A stretch of 64,000 nt of DNA from Patellaria atrata CBS 101060 (Eukaryota): NCBI GenBank assembly GCA_010093705.1, contig MU006105.1, positions 549,373-613,372 of the forward strand. The letters run 5' to 3'. The notes beneath the pieces were generated by a model, which worked only from the letters and a program-made list of their open reading frames with translations, ran no database searches and was not told the DNA's origin. Numbering within the stretch: the first letter of the stretch is position 1; every line of letters starts with the position of its first letter. A program made the translations under genes and the position numbers. This document shows positions 24,529 through 39,597 of this stretch, piece by piece.

Positions 24529-26455
24529 TTAAACCCCCTCCTTCCTAACCTTCGCCTCCCCATCCAAACTCCCCATCCTCTGCAACCTCTTCGCAACATT
24601 ATCCCCCAACAACCCCTCCATATTCGGCACAAAACAACTACTAACAATCAACAGTACGGAGAACGGAATGGTAACATAAAAGATCCAATGAAAAGTCCTC
24701 ACATACGCCTCCGTGATCGCCTTTCCCGTGGCCTCCAGTACCGCAGGCGTCACGTCCGGGACCGCGGTAAAATTCCCCGTTGAGACACCCGCCAGCAGCG
24801 CAGGGATCGAGTGGGCGGGCAGACCGGCGGACGTCGCCGCGGAGGTCACGTACGAGGGTATGTACTCCCCGGACTTATTGATCAGGATCGAGACATAGAT
24901 AGCCTGGGACACCGCGCCGCCGAGGGCGCGTATGGAGCCCATGACACCGGTCGCTAGCCCTATATCCTGGGGTTCCATGACCAGCGTAATACCAGGGAAC
25001 GCGATATTATCGATCCAGCCGATGGCAAAACAACCCAAGACACCGAACGCAATCGTCAACGCATGGGTGTCTTGCCCCAGGGCCGCAAGCCCGCCGACGA
25101 AGACGGTGCTGAGGATGGACAGGATGATGCATTGCCATTTCACCTTGGGGAGGTATGATATGGCGAAGCCACCGAAGACTTGGCCGAGGAGAATCCCACC
25201 GCCGACGACGCTGGATTGCCAGCCTACTTCTTTCACGGAGGTGGTGTAGACGGTGCTTATGAGCGTGGGCCAGATTACGGTCATGCTGTAGTAGACCATG
25301 GCGCCTATGCAAGCGATGGCGCAGATGGCGACGTAGCCGATGTTCTTGAAAAGGCGCGGGGGCATTAGAGGTTGACCTTTGAAGATGTATTGTTCTAGAG
25401 GGGTTAGGGGGTGGTTTGAATTGAGTGGGGGGGGGGAGGGGGTTGATGTAGGATGTGTTTTAGGGATTGGAGGACTTACCGTATAACCCGAATGCGATTA
25501 GCGTTACTATGCCAACGACAATAGTAGCGATGACTCTAGCGCTCGACCATGGATACGCTTGTCCGCCCCATGATAGACCGATGAGGAACAAAACGCACCC
25601 GGCGACGAAGAGAAACATGCCCACGAAATCGAGCTCCTTGAATTGTTGCCACTTGCTCTTTCCATGGACGTGAAGTTGGTCATAAGTAGGCGGGTGATAC
25701 AAAAACTGATAAAGAACCAATGTGATACCGGCGAAGATGATCCCGAGATAATAACTCCACCTCCACCCTTGCTTCGTATTATCGATGAAGCTCCTCGCGA
25801 TGATAGGACCGAAGACCGCGAAGGGAAGGGAAGACAGAAACACCAACGTCACGATGGGACCTCTCTGCTTATTCGGCACTAGTTCTCCGAGCACGATGCC
25901 GAAGGATAGCTGGCCTGCTGCTGCAATACCGTTGCACGCGTTCGCCCCGATGAGCGTCTCCATACTGCCCGCCGTGGCACCGACAATGTTGCCCACGAGA
26001 CTGAGGACAGTCGTGCCCATAACCATCCACTTGCGGCCGAAGATATCCGACAGTCTTCCCACGAGGAGGAAACCGATGGCGGAACCGAGAACCCATACGG
26101 TACTAACCCAGCCCATATTCTCCGAGGGGCCAATATCCGCATTGATCAGGGCGCTGGAACCACATTAGCGAGTAATCCCTTTGATGAGGGAAGGAAGATA
26201 GTACAGAGTATTTGCGGGCAAGACCCATCCTAAGTAGGCGCATATGCTACCCGTACAGACTGCGATCACGGTGCCGATGAAGGAGACGCTGGTGTAGTAG
26301 CCTTTAGGCATCTCGTTTAACTCGCCGCCGATGGCGTGGGTGTCGACCATATCGATGTGGCCGTCTGCGTGAACTGTCTTCACTGCATCGACGTATTCGA
26401 CATGTTCGGCGGAGGAGGCTGAGTCGACCTTCTCATTTCTCATCTTTTCAGACAT
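24529..26455 (-). CDS. MFS transporter, Tri12-like (DHA2-type, about 14 TM)
   Basis: Motif A GRLSDIFGRKW, ELVPNKQRG, GWRWSYY, LFLIGLSWGG..YPW.S and PLMPPRLF; introns about 26205-26156 and 25479-25396. Confidence 0.92.
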
Positions 26456-27278
26456 TGTGTATGGGTAGATAGGGACTATGTAATGGTTAAAATATGAAGA
26501 AACGAGAGAGTCCTATGTGGGAAGGAATAGCAGACCTGAGAAAGCAACGAAAGGAAGAAGGTAGGCATGATATATAGCATTTGATAGCGTTGTGTCCTTG
26601 TTGGAGGAGTAACTTGACTTGCGGAGCATTTCATGTTAGCTATCATCAAAAATCTAGAACCAGGTTCTACCACGAGGTAAGAGAACCAATAGTAGACTAA
26701 GATTAGCCAGAACAGATGGATTTTCCACATTTAGTATCACTGGTGGACTAAAAGAACGAATGAGAGGTCAGGATGATGTACGGAGTGTTCCAGCAATACG
26801 GCTTTGGAACGGCAAATCTGGAAACTTTGTAACCGGGAGCGAACTATCTTCCCCAAACCCCAGACGCCGGAAAAGCTAACCACGACGTCGACTCAAAGCT
26901 TGAATATAGATAGTATCAGGCCAAGCTGCCATGCGGGGAAGCTTAAAAGGACGAGATCTGGGGAAGAACTAATTGACTCAATATCAGAACCAAAGGCCTT
27001 ATTCACGAATCGAGAGCTACACTAACCATTGCCGCGTATTGGACGCGCCACAGAGCCCACGGCCTGATCTGTTCGTACAGCCTTGCTGAAAACGTTTTCC
27101 GACAGACAGCATGATGAATCAGCGCTACCATACAATCCACATCAGTCCCCAAACACATTCAAAATAGAAGAGCGAGAACTTCGAACTAACCTTTGCGGCG
27201 TAAAACACGCACAGCAAACCCAAAAAGCTCTCTCTTCAAAGTCCGAAACCCAGACCTCCACCTCAGCAACACCATATT

Positions 27279-27551
27279 TCAGGTGTCTCTCGACGCGTAC
27301 AGGAACGCGTGGTAGGCGTTCAGGCGCCGAGAAGTCGGAGGTGGAGGCCTGGGCTCGTCCCTCACCGACTCCACCAATGTCGTCTCGGACTCCCACCCGC
27401 GGGAGCCCGGTTCCATATCCGCCAGTTCTCGGGCTGGCGACTTGCTACGCCTGAAGGCGCGAGTCCAGGACCTGACTCGGCCCCACAGCTGATCGAAGTG
27501 GCGTCTTATGACGCCGCACCTCTCTCGCCTGTGTGGTGCTGTTCCGTACAT
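27279..27551 (-). CDS. Small hypothetical protein (90 aa)
   Basis: ATG preceded by a TATA-like element and a pyrimidine-rich leader (27700-27560); GC-rich, coding-like composition; no motif. Confidence 0.4.
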   Translation of the reverse strand: MYGTAPHRRERCGVIRRHFDQLWGRVRSWTRAFRRSKSPARELADMEPGSRGWESETTLVESVRDEPRPPPPTSRRLNAYHAFLYASRDT

Positions 27552-29628
27552 GTTGTGATTTTGTACGAGGAGAGAGATTGTAGAGGTGTGATGAGAGAGG
27601 GAGAGAATTGTGAGGGGTGGAGAGTGAGGTTTGTTATAATTGGGGAAAGAGGGACAGAGAGAAGCAGAGATTTTGCCCTTCCTGTGTGACTTCTATTTAG
27701 GTGAAAGAGACAACCGGGCACTGCGGATGTGGTCAGCTTCGACTACCCTTTTGGGATTAACTACCCTACTGTAATATATTGATAACTCACAAGTTACGGT
27801 ATACGGGCTGGTCGAAACGTTACTGACGGGTATAGTGCCTCCCCCTTTTTAGGGATAGGTCATGTAATGGTGGAGTATTCCTTGAGTCAAGATCACTATC
27901 GTTCACTCTATCTAACCCTGAATATTCTTCAAGCATGGTGTATTAATTCCCTATTCATTATGTATATCTGCTGTGTTCACATTGTAGAAGTTTGTACAAT
28001 TTGATACAATAAACTATGTTGTGATTCACCTGTATGTTTTCCTCAAGCTCCTTTTCCAGTACGTCATATGGGGACTGAGAAGCGTACAATGTCTTTAAAC
28101 ATCGTTGAGGCCTTATAATCCCTAAAAAAGAAAAATCACTATACCGCAGTTGTTTTATTATTTCGTAAAATTAGTCTACCCGTATGAAATATAAGTGTTT
28201 GTTTGTGGCAACCTAAACGCTACCCGAAGCTCTATCACCTTCACTTCCAATTCATTACAGATTCTGCCCCCGCCTTCGCCACAAACAGACCGCCTATATA
28301 GGGATCTATACGGAATACTACTTCTGCTAATATTTTTCTTGTGGGGTAGCCCGGTCTTCCCTTAGAACTATCCATCCGTCGTTATTCTAGTCACTTTATA
28401 GTCTTGAAGCTTAGGACATCTTAACACCTCTGGTCCAAATCAACACAATCTTGCGTAGCATCTTGGGGATCTGGGCGCAAACTTGTTACGAACGGCAGCA
28501 ACTTTCAAAGAACATCTTCAGCAGTTCTGGACCATTTACATCCACGTACACTTCCGAGACTAAGAATCTACAGTCAATCCAGGCTGTCGATCTTAATAGC
28601 GTATGACGGGAATCATACTAAGAATCTAGAAATACAGAAGGAATCGAATCCAGATAAGTTTAAGTTGATTTCCGGCCTCCTACAATGGTCTAACTACTTT
28701 CTACTATCTATCCTCTCTATTCAGGTATAAACACCATCCGAGACAGCTTGTAGTAAACGTCACTGATTCTCTGAGTAAACAAGAATCCCGATCCACCATT
28801 AACTAGCAAATGAACGGGTATCGAAGCTTGAGTTACTACTTGGAATGCCAGGTCACTTTGCGATACATCCAGCGGATGACGACATGAGTCCTCTCGAGAA
28901 TACTATCCAAACTAGCTGCAGAAGGGGAAACAACGTGACCGGAGCGCTACCTCCACCAGATAGGAGGCCGCCGGAAGACCTAGCAGGATTGGATAGAATG
29001 AATCCCGAAGAAATGGCCAGCTCATCGAACAATCACATTCGCTGCCCTATACATCTGCTATAAAACTGGAAGAAAACAATGAGTCGTACAGTTTGAATCT
29101 GACAGCATTATTACACACCCTAATACACTGTCAATCATATTTTAAACTGACGATTATAGTTTGTACCCTTACGGACCATGGAAATTGAAGGTCCGCGCCA
29201 TGCTTGAGGATATTACATGTAAACAATGAACTTTCCGGAGGACACAACGACAATCCAAAAGGCTACGTTTTACTTTCTTGAAAAACGATCAGAATATCTT
29301 TAGTTCACTTGTACATATCATACCCTTAAAATCTGATTACACCACAACACGTTTTGCTGCTAAGATATGCTCACATAAGAAATGCTGTGATAGGAGAATA
29401 CACAATTCCGAAACACAAAACAGCCATCCAAAAGGCGAATCGTACAGTTTACAAAGGCTAAACGCTATACCAATAAGTCCCCCAAGTCTCCATATCAATC
29501 ATAGCAAACCTGACTCCAATAACAACACTAAAAACAGAAACAGAAACAATACCCCAACCCCAAAAACCCAATCCCACACAAAAAATCCAGATATAGTACA
29601 GTACCGCGCCCTCCGAACGCTTAAACAA

Positions 29629-30279
29629 CTAACCAAACAAGCCCCTAACCGCCCTAACAATCTTCTTCCACCCCGTCCTCTTCCCCCTCTTCTCCCCCTT
29701 CGGCGTCGGTCTCGGACTCCGTCCCCTCATAACCCTCTCCGCGAACGCAACTTCCCGCTCGCTCGTTCCCGGTTCCGACTCCACACAATTCCCCTTCATA
29801 CCCGCGGCACCGACCCCCGTACACGTAGCCGCCCCTCCCTCATAAGAATCCTCAACCCACTCCCCCCTCCCCAGCATAAGAGGGCCAGACGTACCACACC
29901 CGTTCCCGATGCTAATCTCGGTGTGGGCATAGTAAACCGGTACCTCCCCATACGCATCCTCCCCATACACAACCCCCCATCTCCGTCTATCCTCGTCATA
30001 TCCCACACCCCCATACCTCTCCTCCGACCTCTGCACACCCCCATCCCGCACCCCGTACCCCGAGACGGAAAAAGGATCGTAAGACTCGAAGAGGTACAGG
30101 GGATCCGCGTAGGGCCGTGCTGTTTCGGGATCGAAACTCCGGAGCCAGGCGTGCAGGGAGTCTGAGGATTTCTTGTGGCGGGAGGAGGATAGGGAGGAGG
30201 TGGTTAGGGAGGAGGTGTAGAGCGTCCTCGTGTCCAAGGGGTGGTATGTGGGATTTGTGGCGGGTGTGTATGCGTGCAT
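29629..30279 (-). CDS. Hypothetical protein (216 aa)
   Basis: ATG in an AAAAATG context, with the strong C-to-G compositional drift along the ORF seen in real genes of this window; no known domain. Confidence 0.5.
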   Translation of the reverse strand: MHAYTPATNPTYHPLDTRTLYTSSLTTSSLSSSRHKKSSDSLHAWLRSFDPETARPYADPLYLFESYDPFSVSGYGVRDGGVQRSEERYGGVGYDEDRRRWGVVYGEDAYGEVPVYYAHTEISIGNGCGTSGPLMLGRGEWVEDSYEGGAATCTGVGAAGMKGNCVESEPGTSEREVAFAERVMRGRSPRPTPKGEKRGKRTGWKKIVRAVRGLFG

Positions 30280-30930
30280 TTTTTTTGGTGGTGTTGGATG
30301 AACGTGGGATTAAGGGTGTGAGGTGGATTCGGTACGATAAATTCTTTCCGGTACAAATTGTATAAAGTTATACGAGGAGGTGAAAGAGGTGGATGTTGTG
30401 TTGTGGTGTTAATGTACTATATGGTCGGTAGACTTGGTACCAGTTGGTACAATTTGAATTTAGTCTTTTTCGTGAAAGTGAGAAAGTGTCTGTACGATGA
30501 GAGTCAAGACAAACGTGAAGATGGTAGGAAAAGCTGGGAAATTTAAGAGCTTATATATGAGGTGGTGTACAGTCAAAAGTCAAACCCACAGTCAAAAGTA
30601 CGATTTCACCAGCATCGCCGGATCGGGGTTGACAGGTACAGATGTATAGTTAAAAGTACAATCTGTACAGCGGTACTGCAGTACCAGTGTTAGCCGGACA
30701 GAAACCCGTAATACCTCCACCGTAAACCCACGAGCATCGTCAAAACTATACAGCTAGTCAAGTGAACGGAAACCTCTAAACGAACCGCATCCACTGTAAT
30801 CAACTTTTCATTTCAGAAATCGGTATAGTACACACTAACTAGCTCACAGATCAAGGGATGATATTTCCACCCCAACTCCAAGAACACCTAATCGCTTGAT
30901 GCAAGCCCAATCCAACCTCAGACTCCTCAC

Positions 30931-33528
30931 TCATGCATGGAGACCTCTCTTCTCGCTCTCGGAGAAGAAGATAATCATACGCCAAAGTTTCTTGACAAGA
31001 CCTTCAGCTTCCTCCTCAAGTGCCTATATCAAATATTAGCATGTAACCCAACATTAGATTCGCCACGACACATAGCAAGCACGAAAAGCAGAGAGTATCA
31101 AAAAGGAAAGAAAAAAAGGGGGAAAGGAAACGGCAAACATACCCCTTCAAGCTCCCTAACCAACTCTTCCGGATTCCCTTTCTTCCTGATATAGCTCTCG
31201 GCGACATCGACAAGCATCTGTTCTTGCACGCCCAAATACTCCATAACCTTCTTCTCGACAAACGGCCTCAACTGCTCCGTAATAACCGCATCTTCTACGA
31301 ATTCCCATTTGATAGGCCAATTCCATAATCCCTCTTTCGACGTTGGGATATCGCCCGCTAACTGCCGAGCAGCAGCCTGCCTATCTTCATCAGAGAGCGC
31401 AGCACCCTCCTCTCTCGTCTCGACCTTGAGCGGCTTGAGCGTACGCTTGACCGAAGTTTCCTCTTCCTCCTCATTTTCAAGCAGTCCTTCGACCTCAGCA
31501 GCGCTCCTCTTCGGCGGTGCTGTTTGCGTCTTCTGCACTGCGGCACCGAAGGACATCTTGAACCGCTGTGGTTCTTGCTTGGGTGCCTCCATCCTCGGAC
31601 CCATTTGTGCGAGAAAGGAGTCTGCCTTACCACGTGCTTGTTCCTTCTGATGATCTTCTCTGACTTTCTCGCGTTGTTCTGCGATACGATCGAGTTCGTC
31701 AGATTTATCTTCGACAGTGCGGAATTGAGCTCTCTTGCGAAGCCAAAGACTACGATCACGGTAGTATTCCTCCATGTTACGAGATGCTTCCAACTCATCA
31801 TTCCATTCGTTGTGCTTCTTTGCTGAAGCAGCGAAGGCTCGTTGCTCGTTGATTTCGTCATCTTTTGCTTGAGCACGGTCTCGTTCGGTAGCAGCCGTGT
31901 TTCGACGCTCACGGTTGAGCCACCGGCGTTCGTTGTCGAGATAAATCTTTTCAAGCTCTGCTTCCTTCTTCTCTCTACGCCTACGTTCGAGTTCTTCATC
32001 GCTAGCAGAATCGTCCTCTTCGGAAAGACCGTACCAAGGTCCGTTATTCGAACCGTTAACAAAAGAAATACCTCCTTGATAATCTCTTGGCATTTGCCCT
32101 TGGTAACCCTTTGGTCCACTAGGCGCACCTTGTATACCTCTTTCAGCTCTCGGTCCCAAAGGAATGCCATTAGCACCACCAGCAGGACCAGTTGGCACAG
32201 AAATAGGTGGTGATGCGAGACGATTTACGCGCCCAGCCATGCTCCTTTGACGTTCAAGTGCTTCTCGTTCCTCTTCTTGTTTCAATCGTTCCATATCTCG
32301 TCTGTTACTGCGATCACGGAATGCCGCAATTTCAGCAGCAACGGTCTCTCGCATCTCCTCGGGGATATCCGCCAATTCTTCCTCCTGAGTAAGGGGAATG
32401 GTCACGACTTCTGCCGGGTTAGTTTCTTGCTTGACCTCCCCATCACCCATCTTGATATCGCCATCATGGTCGTATGAGACATCTGCTTGAGGCTTCTTTA
32501 AACCCTCGAGGACGCTGTTGAGCGCTTCCCTTGCTGTATCACAACGAAACTGGTGAGTGGACTCATCTTCATTTCGACGAGTTCTCCATTCCTCTGCGTA
32601 CTTGATAGAATTCTCATCCACCACGACCTAGAGTGGTTAGCTTATCTATGTTTCTCACGAAAATGTTTGCCTAAACACATGACTCACTAAAAGTTTGATC
32701 ATCTCCGGCTTCTCATCCTCATCCTCTTCTTTCTTGACACCATTCATTTGCTGTTTCCTAACCGGAACCCTAATATCCCGCAGAATTTCCGCAGCAGTCT
32801 CCAAACTTTCCGCATCCTCATACTCAGCAAAACCAAAGGTGCAAGTTTTGTTATCAGCATCCGTAGCTCTTGACCATCTACGAAGATTACCCGCCGTACG
32901 CAATATCCTCTCAAGGTTCTCATCGCTGCCTATGCCCTCGGTAATATTGCCGATGAAAATCGTGCGCATAATTTCTTCTCTCGTAGGTGGCGCAAGAGCC
33001 ATCATGTTCTCCCGTACTTGCTGTCTTTGCTGCTCTGTGCTATTATAATCGCGCCCCATACCTAAACCTCGTCTTCCACCGAGTTGTTCTTGATTGCTAC
33101 TCTTGCGGCCATCTTGTTCCATAGACTTGTTTGGTCCACTAGTTCCTAATCTGATGACGGGTGCACTGAAGTTGATATTGGGCATATTGGGAGGAGGCTG
33201 GAAGTTCGGGGGTAGTCCTCCTCCTGGTCGACCTGGGAGTGAAGATTGAGCTTGCTGAACACCTGGTGGAGCACCAACGCCTGGAGGAGGACCTGTAAGT
33301 CTAGTTAGAGAAGCTGTTCGTCAGAACGTAGATATGGATGGAAAATATACCCATTCCAGGTGCGCCAGCCATCCCCGGAGGTGGAGCGCCCGCTCCAGGA
33401 AATCCAGCGTAACTTGGAGGACGTCCATATTGACCTGCACATTTGCGAAATTTAGCCATGGTGCTCAAACTCAAAAAGCTGTAGTAAAGAAAAGCTGGAA
33501 TCAGTAGCATACCCGGATAGTTGTACAT
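30931..33528 (-). CDS. SNU71: U1 snRNP-associated Snu71/RBM25-like protein (RRM plus C-terminal PWI)
   Basis: 16-nt first exon MYNYP, Pro/Gly-rich exons, RRM RTIFIGNI...FGFAEYED, charged coiled region, and PWI LRPFVEKKVMEYLGVQEQMLVD...ALEEEAEGLVKKLWRMIIFFSE; four introns. Confidence 0.88.
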
Positions 33529-33853
33529 TGTCGCAGGGCTTAGGGAAAGTGAAGCTGGAAAATGTGAACTGGGGAAAGTGCAAACCAAATAACAAATTCG
33601 CAAAGAAAAGAAAAGGTAGTTGCGACTTGAAAAGTGGTCCAACGAGGTTGTTCTACGTAGTGGAGGTTGACGTTCAAGAACGCGAAAAGTAGGTGCGGCT
33701 CCGCGTCGAGGTCTTGAAAATTCAGAACTTTTGGACCTCACTCCGCGACCTCATCCATCTCATCAACCACACAAACAATGAGATAATAGATAATAGAGGG
33801 CAAGTAACATCAATTGCAATAAAACATTTGTCTAACGATGCGCACAGTTCAGA

Positions 33854-34657
33854 ATGGAAGTTCGAAAAGCGGGAGAAGCGCTCTGGCGCACTCAACGCTC
33901 CCTTTTTTCATCCTCCTCTTCCATCCCACGACTCCAATTCCTCAACTCAAGACGCTGCCTCTCCACCACACCTCCATCATCCCAACGAAGCGCAGCAACA
34001 GCCTCCGAACTGTTCTCCTCCGTCCAAGAATCTTCGTCTTCCTCATCTAGCCAACCTCGCCCCCAACACCCAAAGCGACCACCGCAACCACAATACCCCA
34101 TCCGTCCTCTGAAAGGAATCTCCGAATCCCTCACCTCCGCCATGTCCTACAGGCGCGAACATCCACCACGAACCCCCACCACGATACCGGACCAACCCAA
34201 AACCTCCCGCACGCGAGACCCCTTCGGCTCCGAATTCAGTCCCCGTCGCCCTCCTCCCCCACCCAACATCGCAGACACCGCTCCCTCCTCCGTCTCTCTG
34301 ATCGACGACATCACCACCTCCCTGACGAACAACATGCCGTACTACGCGCGCACGCCGAACTACACCCTCGGCGCGCGCCTGCAAGCCCCGATTCCGAAAC
34401 TGCCGCTGGGTCCGAAGATCGGGCGCACGATCGACATCAACCCCCATCGCGGCATGGATATAGGTCGTGGTATCAAGCAGCTAGGCATCATGTTGGCAAG
34501 GAATAAGGTCCAGGCGGATTTGTACAGACAGAGGTATCACGAGCGGCCCGGGTTGAAGAGAAAGAGGTTGCATAGTCAGCGGTGGAGACGGCGGTTTAGG
34601 GAGGGGTTTAATGCGGCGGTACGTAGGGTGCAGAAGATGACGCATCAGGGGTGGTAG
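33854..34657 (+). CDS. MRP21: Mitochondrial small-subunit ribosomal protein bS21m
   Basis: Basic presequence-like N-terminus; C-terminal S21 domain NKVQADLYRQRYHERPGLKRKRLHSQRWRRRFREGF...QGW. Confidence 0.9.
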   Translation: MEVRKAGEALWRTQRSLFSSSSSIPRLQFLNSRRCLSTTPPSSQRSAATASELFSSVQESSSSSSSQPRPQHPKRPPQPQYPIRPLKGISESLTSAMSYRREHPPRTPTTIPDQPKTSRTRDPFGSEFSPRRPPPPPNIADTAPSSVSLIDDITTSLTNNMPYYARTPNYTLGARLQAPIPKLPLGPKIGRTIDINPHRGMDIGRGIKQLGIMLARNKVQADLYRQRYHERPGLKRKRLHSQRWRRRFREGFNAAVRRVQKMTHQGW

Positions 34658-35133
34658 GGGATGAAATAGAGTCCCAGGGAGCCCGTTACCTAGTGGAAAT
34701 GGTCAGTTGTGGCCGGTTTGGAGGGCCGGCGCTGAGAACTGTGTAGACGGGATTAAGATGAGGTTCGCTCTTTGCACTGTAAAATAGTAGGGTGGAGCTC
34801 ATAGATTGACATCTTTATTATATCTTGTGCGAAAAAATCGGGAGATATGTAGAATCATATATACATATTGAATACGCTAATCAGCATGCATGTCTCAGAT
34901 CCTTAGCAACAAAGTCTACCATGACCTCCGCTGAACCGATGACAGACCATGTAGAACTCCGAACCGGGCATATCACCCTCTCCGTAACCGTATATCGAAC
35001 ACGCATTCACAAGCCAAATCCGCACGATCACGGACCGTCCGCTAAAACCATTTATAACCCATAAAAAAAAATCCAATAACCAACCGATATACATATATAT
35101 AACCCTCCTCCTCTCTTCCTCCCTCCTCTCCCC

Positions 35134-36341
35134 CTAATCCCGCTTCCCAACCCCCCACCCATTCCCCACACCACCCGCCGCCCCACCAAACCCATAAGCC
35201 CCCCCATTCCCAAACGTCCTGTCCCTCCCATACCTCCTCAGCCGTCTCGGAAACTCCACCCCCCGAAACCACGCAAAACACACCGCAGTCGCCGCGCCCG
35301 CAGAAAGCGCGCAATACGCCAACGTACTTAAAAAAAGATGTCCACCAACACCCTGCCACCCGGGCGGCAGCGTGGGACTATGATACCACCTAACACTCAA
35401 CCTCAGCGCCAACGGGTCCCCAATAACGATCCTCTCGCTCCTCGTAACAGTTGAGATACTATATGCGGTCGCCGCATCGATCGTCCCAGGCGCCAATTCT
35501 TTAGGGGACGTGTGTAAAAGGACGTTTAGCGCGTTAGCGATGTGCAGGTGGGAGAGCTGGAGGGTGCCGGTCAGCGCGATGATGAAGGGGATGTAGAGGG
35601 TTGATTGCGTGCCGAGGGCGCCGACTAGGTCTTCGTTTGAGAGAGAGGGGGGAGTCAGAGAGGTGTAGGGGAGGGGGTGACGCGGGATGCGGCAGGTTAG
35701 GGGGGCGTCGTTGTGGATGTAGAATTCGAGGAGGTGGTAGAGGGGGTCGGATATGAAGGGGAGGGTGCAGTTGATATCTGGGAGACGGTTAGTATGATGA
35801 TGGGAGGTGATAGTATTGGAAAGAGAGAGAGGGAGGAAACATACCTTTCTCAACCCCAAATTGCAGCTCTAGTGGTCGCCCGGTCTCGTTGCATATCGGG
35901 AAGGGTATGTACTGTAGCTGTCCCTGCGCGTCTGTGATCTGTCCTCCATATCAGCACTATCCCATCCAATGCAATCCAATCCACTCCAATGTCTCCAGCA
36001 TCCCATCCCGTCCCATCTCTCCACCTCCCGCCCTAACCCCCAACCCAACAAAAAGCCAGAAAAACCTACATGCTCGCCCGACTCTCTACCCACAAACCAA
36101 ACAAGTCAGCAATCTTTCCAAAAGCCTTCAATTTCCCCAACCTTCCCCTCAACCACGACCAAGACACAAAAACTCACATCGTCCGATTCAAACAAGTAAC
36201 GGGAATAACATCTCCAGTCTTATACGTCCTCTTCTCCTCCATCAGGGGTGTCTGTTTCGCTTCTGCGCCCACCAACGCCAGTGATGCGGTTAGGTAGAAC
36301 AACATAGCACGCGACCAGGACCATGGCCGTGTTTCTGTCAT
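35134..36341 (-). CDS. Conserved-looking hypothetical type I membrane protein
   Basis: Signal-like N-terminus. The spliced product reads IPVTCLNRTI-ESGEH-ITDAQGQLQYIPFPICNETG...VEK-DINCTLPFISDPLYHLLEFYIH using three introns and a 16-nt microexon (36085-36070). C-terminal TM helix and Gly-rich tail ending GKRD. Confidence 0.8.
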
Positions 36342-36975
36342 CGCGCGTATTGCCGGGGGTGGGTGTGAGTCTCGAGGGGAACGGGGATTTCTCGAGTGGG
36401 TCGCTCGGTTGTCTCGAAGGTATTCGGTCGTAATTGAAAAAAGGGAAGGCATATAAATACTCTACTCCAACTCGCGAAAGGACAAAACCATCACAAACGA
36501 CCGAAACCACGTCTAGAAGGGGGGTGTAGGAAATTCGAGTTTACCTTGGTGGTCTTTTCGAAATTCTTGACAGTCGTATGTAAGTTAATGCAGGGATCAA
36601 GAAGCTACGTTTCGAAATATAAAGAGCGAGCTAAGACTGGGCCGAATGCGGTAATAAGGCGGATGGGACGGGAAACTTTGCAGTCTATCACGAACACAAC
36701 CTCACCTCTATATAACTCTCAGGTCTTCGGGTTATATTCAATTGGATAAAAGAGCAGATGAACCTCCGCCGAGTATTTATCCCCCTTTCACTTTCGATAT
36801 ATCAATCAGGACCATTCCAGCATAAAAATAGAGAGAAAGCATTTCTATTCTCCCCTGCTCAGTATAGTCAATTTATATAATCTACAACTTTTCCCTCCCA
36901 ATTTTCCTTCATCAATCATCAGCATCATTCATTTCCTCCGTGACAATCAACCTCACTGAGTCTCAAGAAAGTCAC

Positions 36976-38807
<1,832 letters not shown>

Positions 38808-39597
38808 TTTGATGGTTGTTTGCTTCTATGCTATGCTATTGAATCGGAGAATTGTTGTTAGCTGATGCTCTCGCAGAAATATATAGTCAGAGTCAATTGA
38901 GTTGATAGAATTTCTTCAGATGATGCTCACCTAATAAATCGAAGGTATGGGAATTAGGATTGATGACGCTTGAAGAGGAAAAGATAAGTGAAGCTCTTAA
39001 AATGTGAAAGGAGAATATCACCGCGGGGTTGCGTCTGATGATGTTAGTATGGCATGGTGGGGTAAAGTCCGAGTTGCGTCGGCCATTGGGGTCAAATAAT
39101 TCTCCATTCACCTAAAGCCAACAGTCCTAGCACGATGTCACCTCATACTATAGTCCTTAAGCACATTCATTCACTCAATTGGTTTGAAAATAGACGAGTA
39201 GGGCGTTTGAGAAGCCTCTTTTTTGCTCTAGTCAAGTCATATACTGGATACCATAAGATGCCTCCACCGAAAAGAACCAATCCCTTTCCTGAATTCCAGA
39301 AAGAAAGTATAGAGAGCAACCCACTCCACGCAAATATTTCCCAGAGAGGTTTCAATGCTGTGTGATGTGGACAATTTGTAGTCCAGAAATGTGTGCAAGA
39401 CCACAAACCTCTGGCTTTCTCAAATGAGACAGCAAAGTTGAGTCTAACCCGTAGACAAAGGCCAAGCCAATAAGCAAATATGCTTCAAATGGCTGATCAG
39501 GCCTAAAGTAAAAATTTTCGCACCTTAGTATGCGCTTTCGTACTACTTCGTGATATGTCATCATAACTGAAGAATTGCAATGGGCTCGCCATAACAA

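Noticed and set aside
29278..30165. 295-aa plus-strand ORF
   Set aside because: Non-ATG start, low complexity, and antisense to the more plausible 30279-29629 ORF.
31358..32179. 273-aa alternate-frame ORF inside SNU71, and similar overlapping ORFs in pepP, GH31, MFS and PGI1
   Set aside because: Shadow frames of biased coding sequence with no independent motifs.
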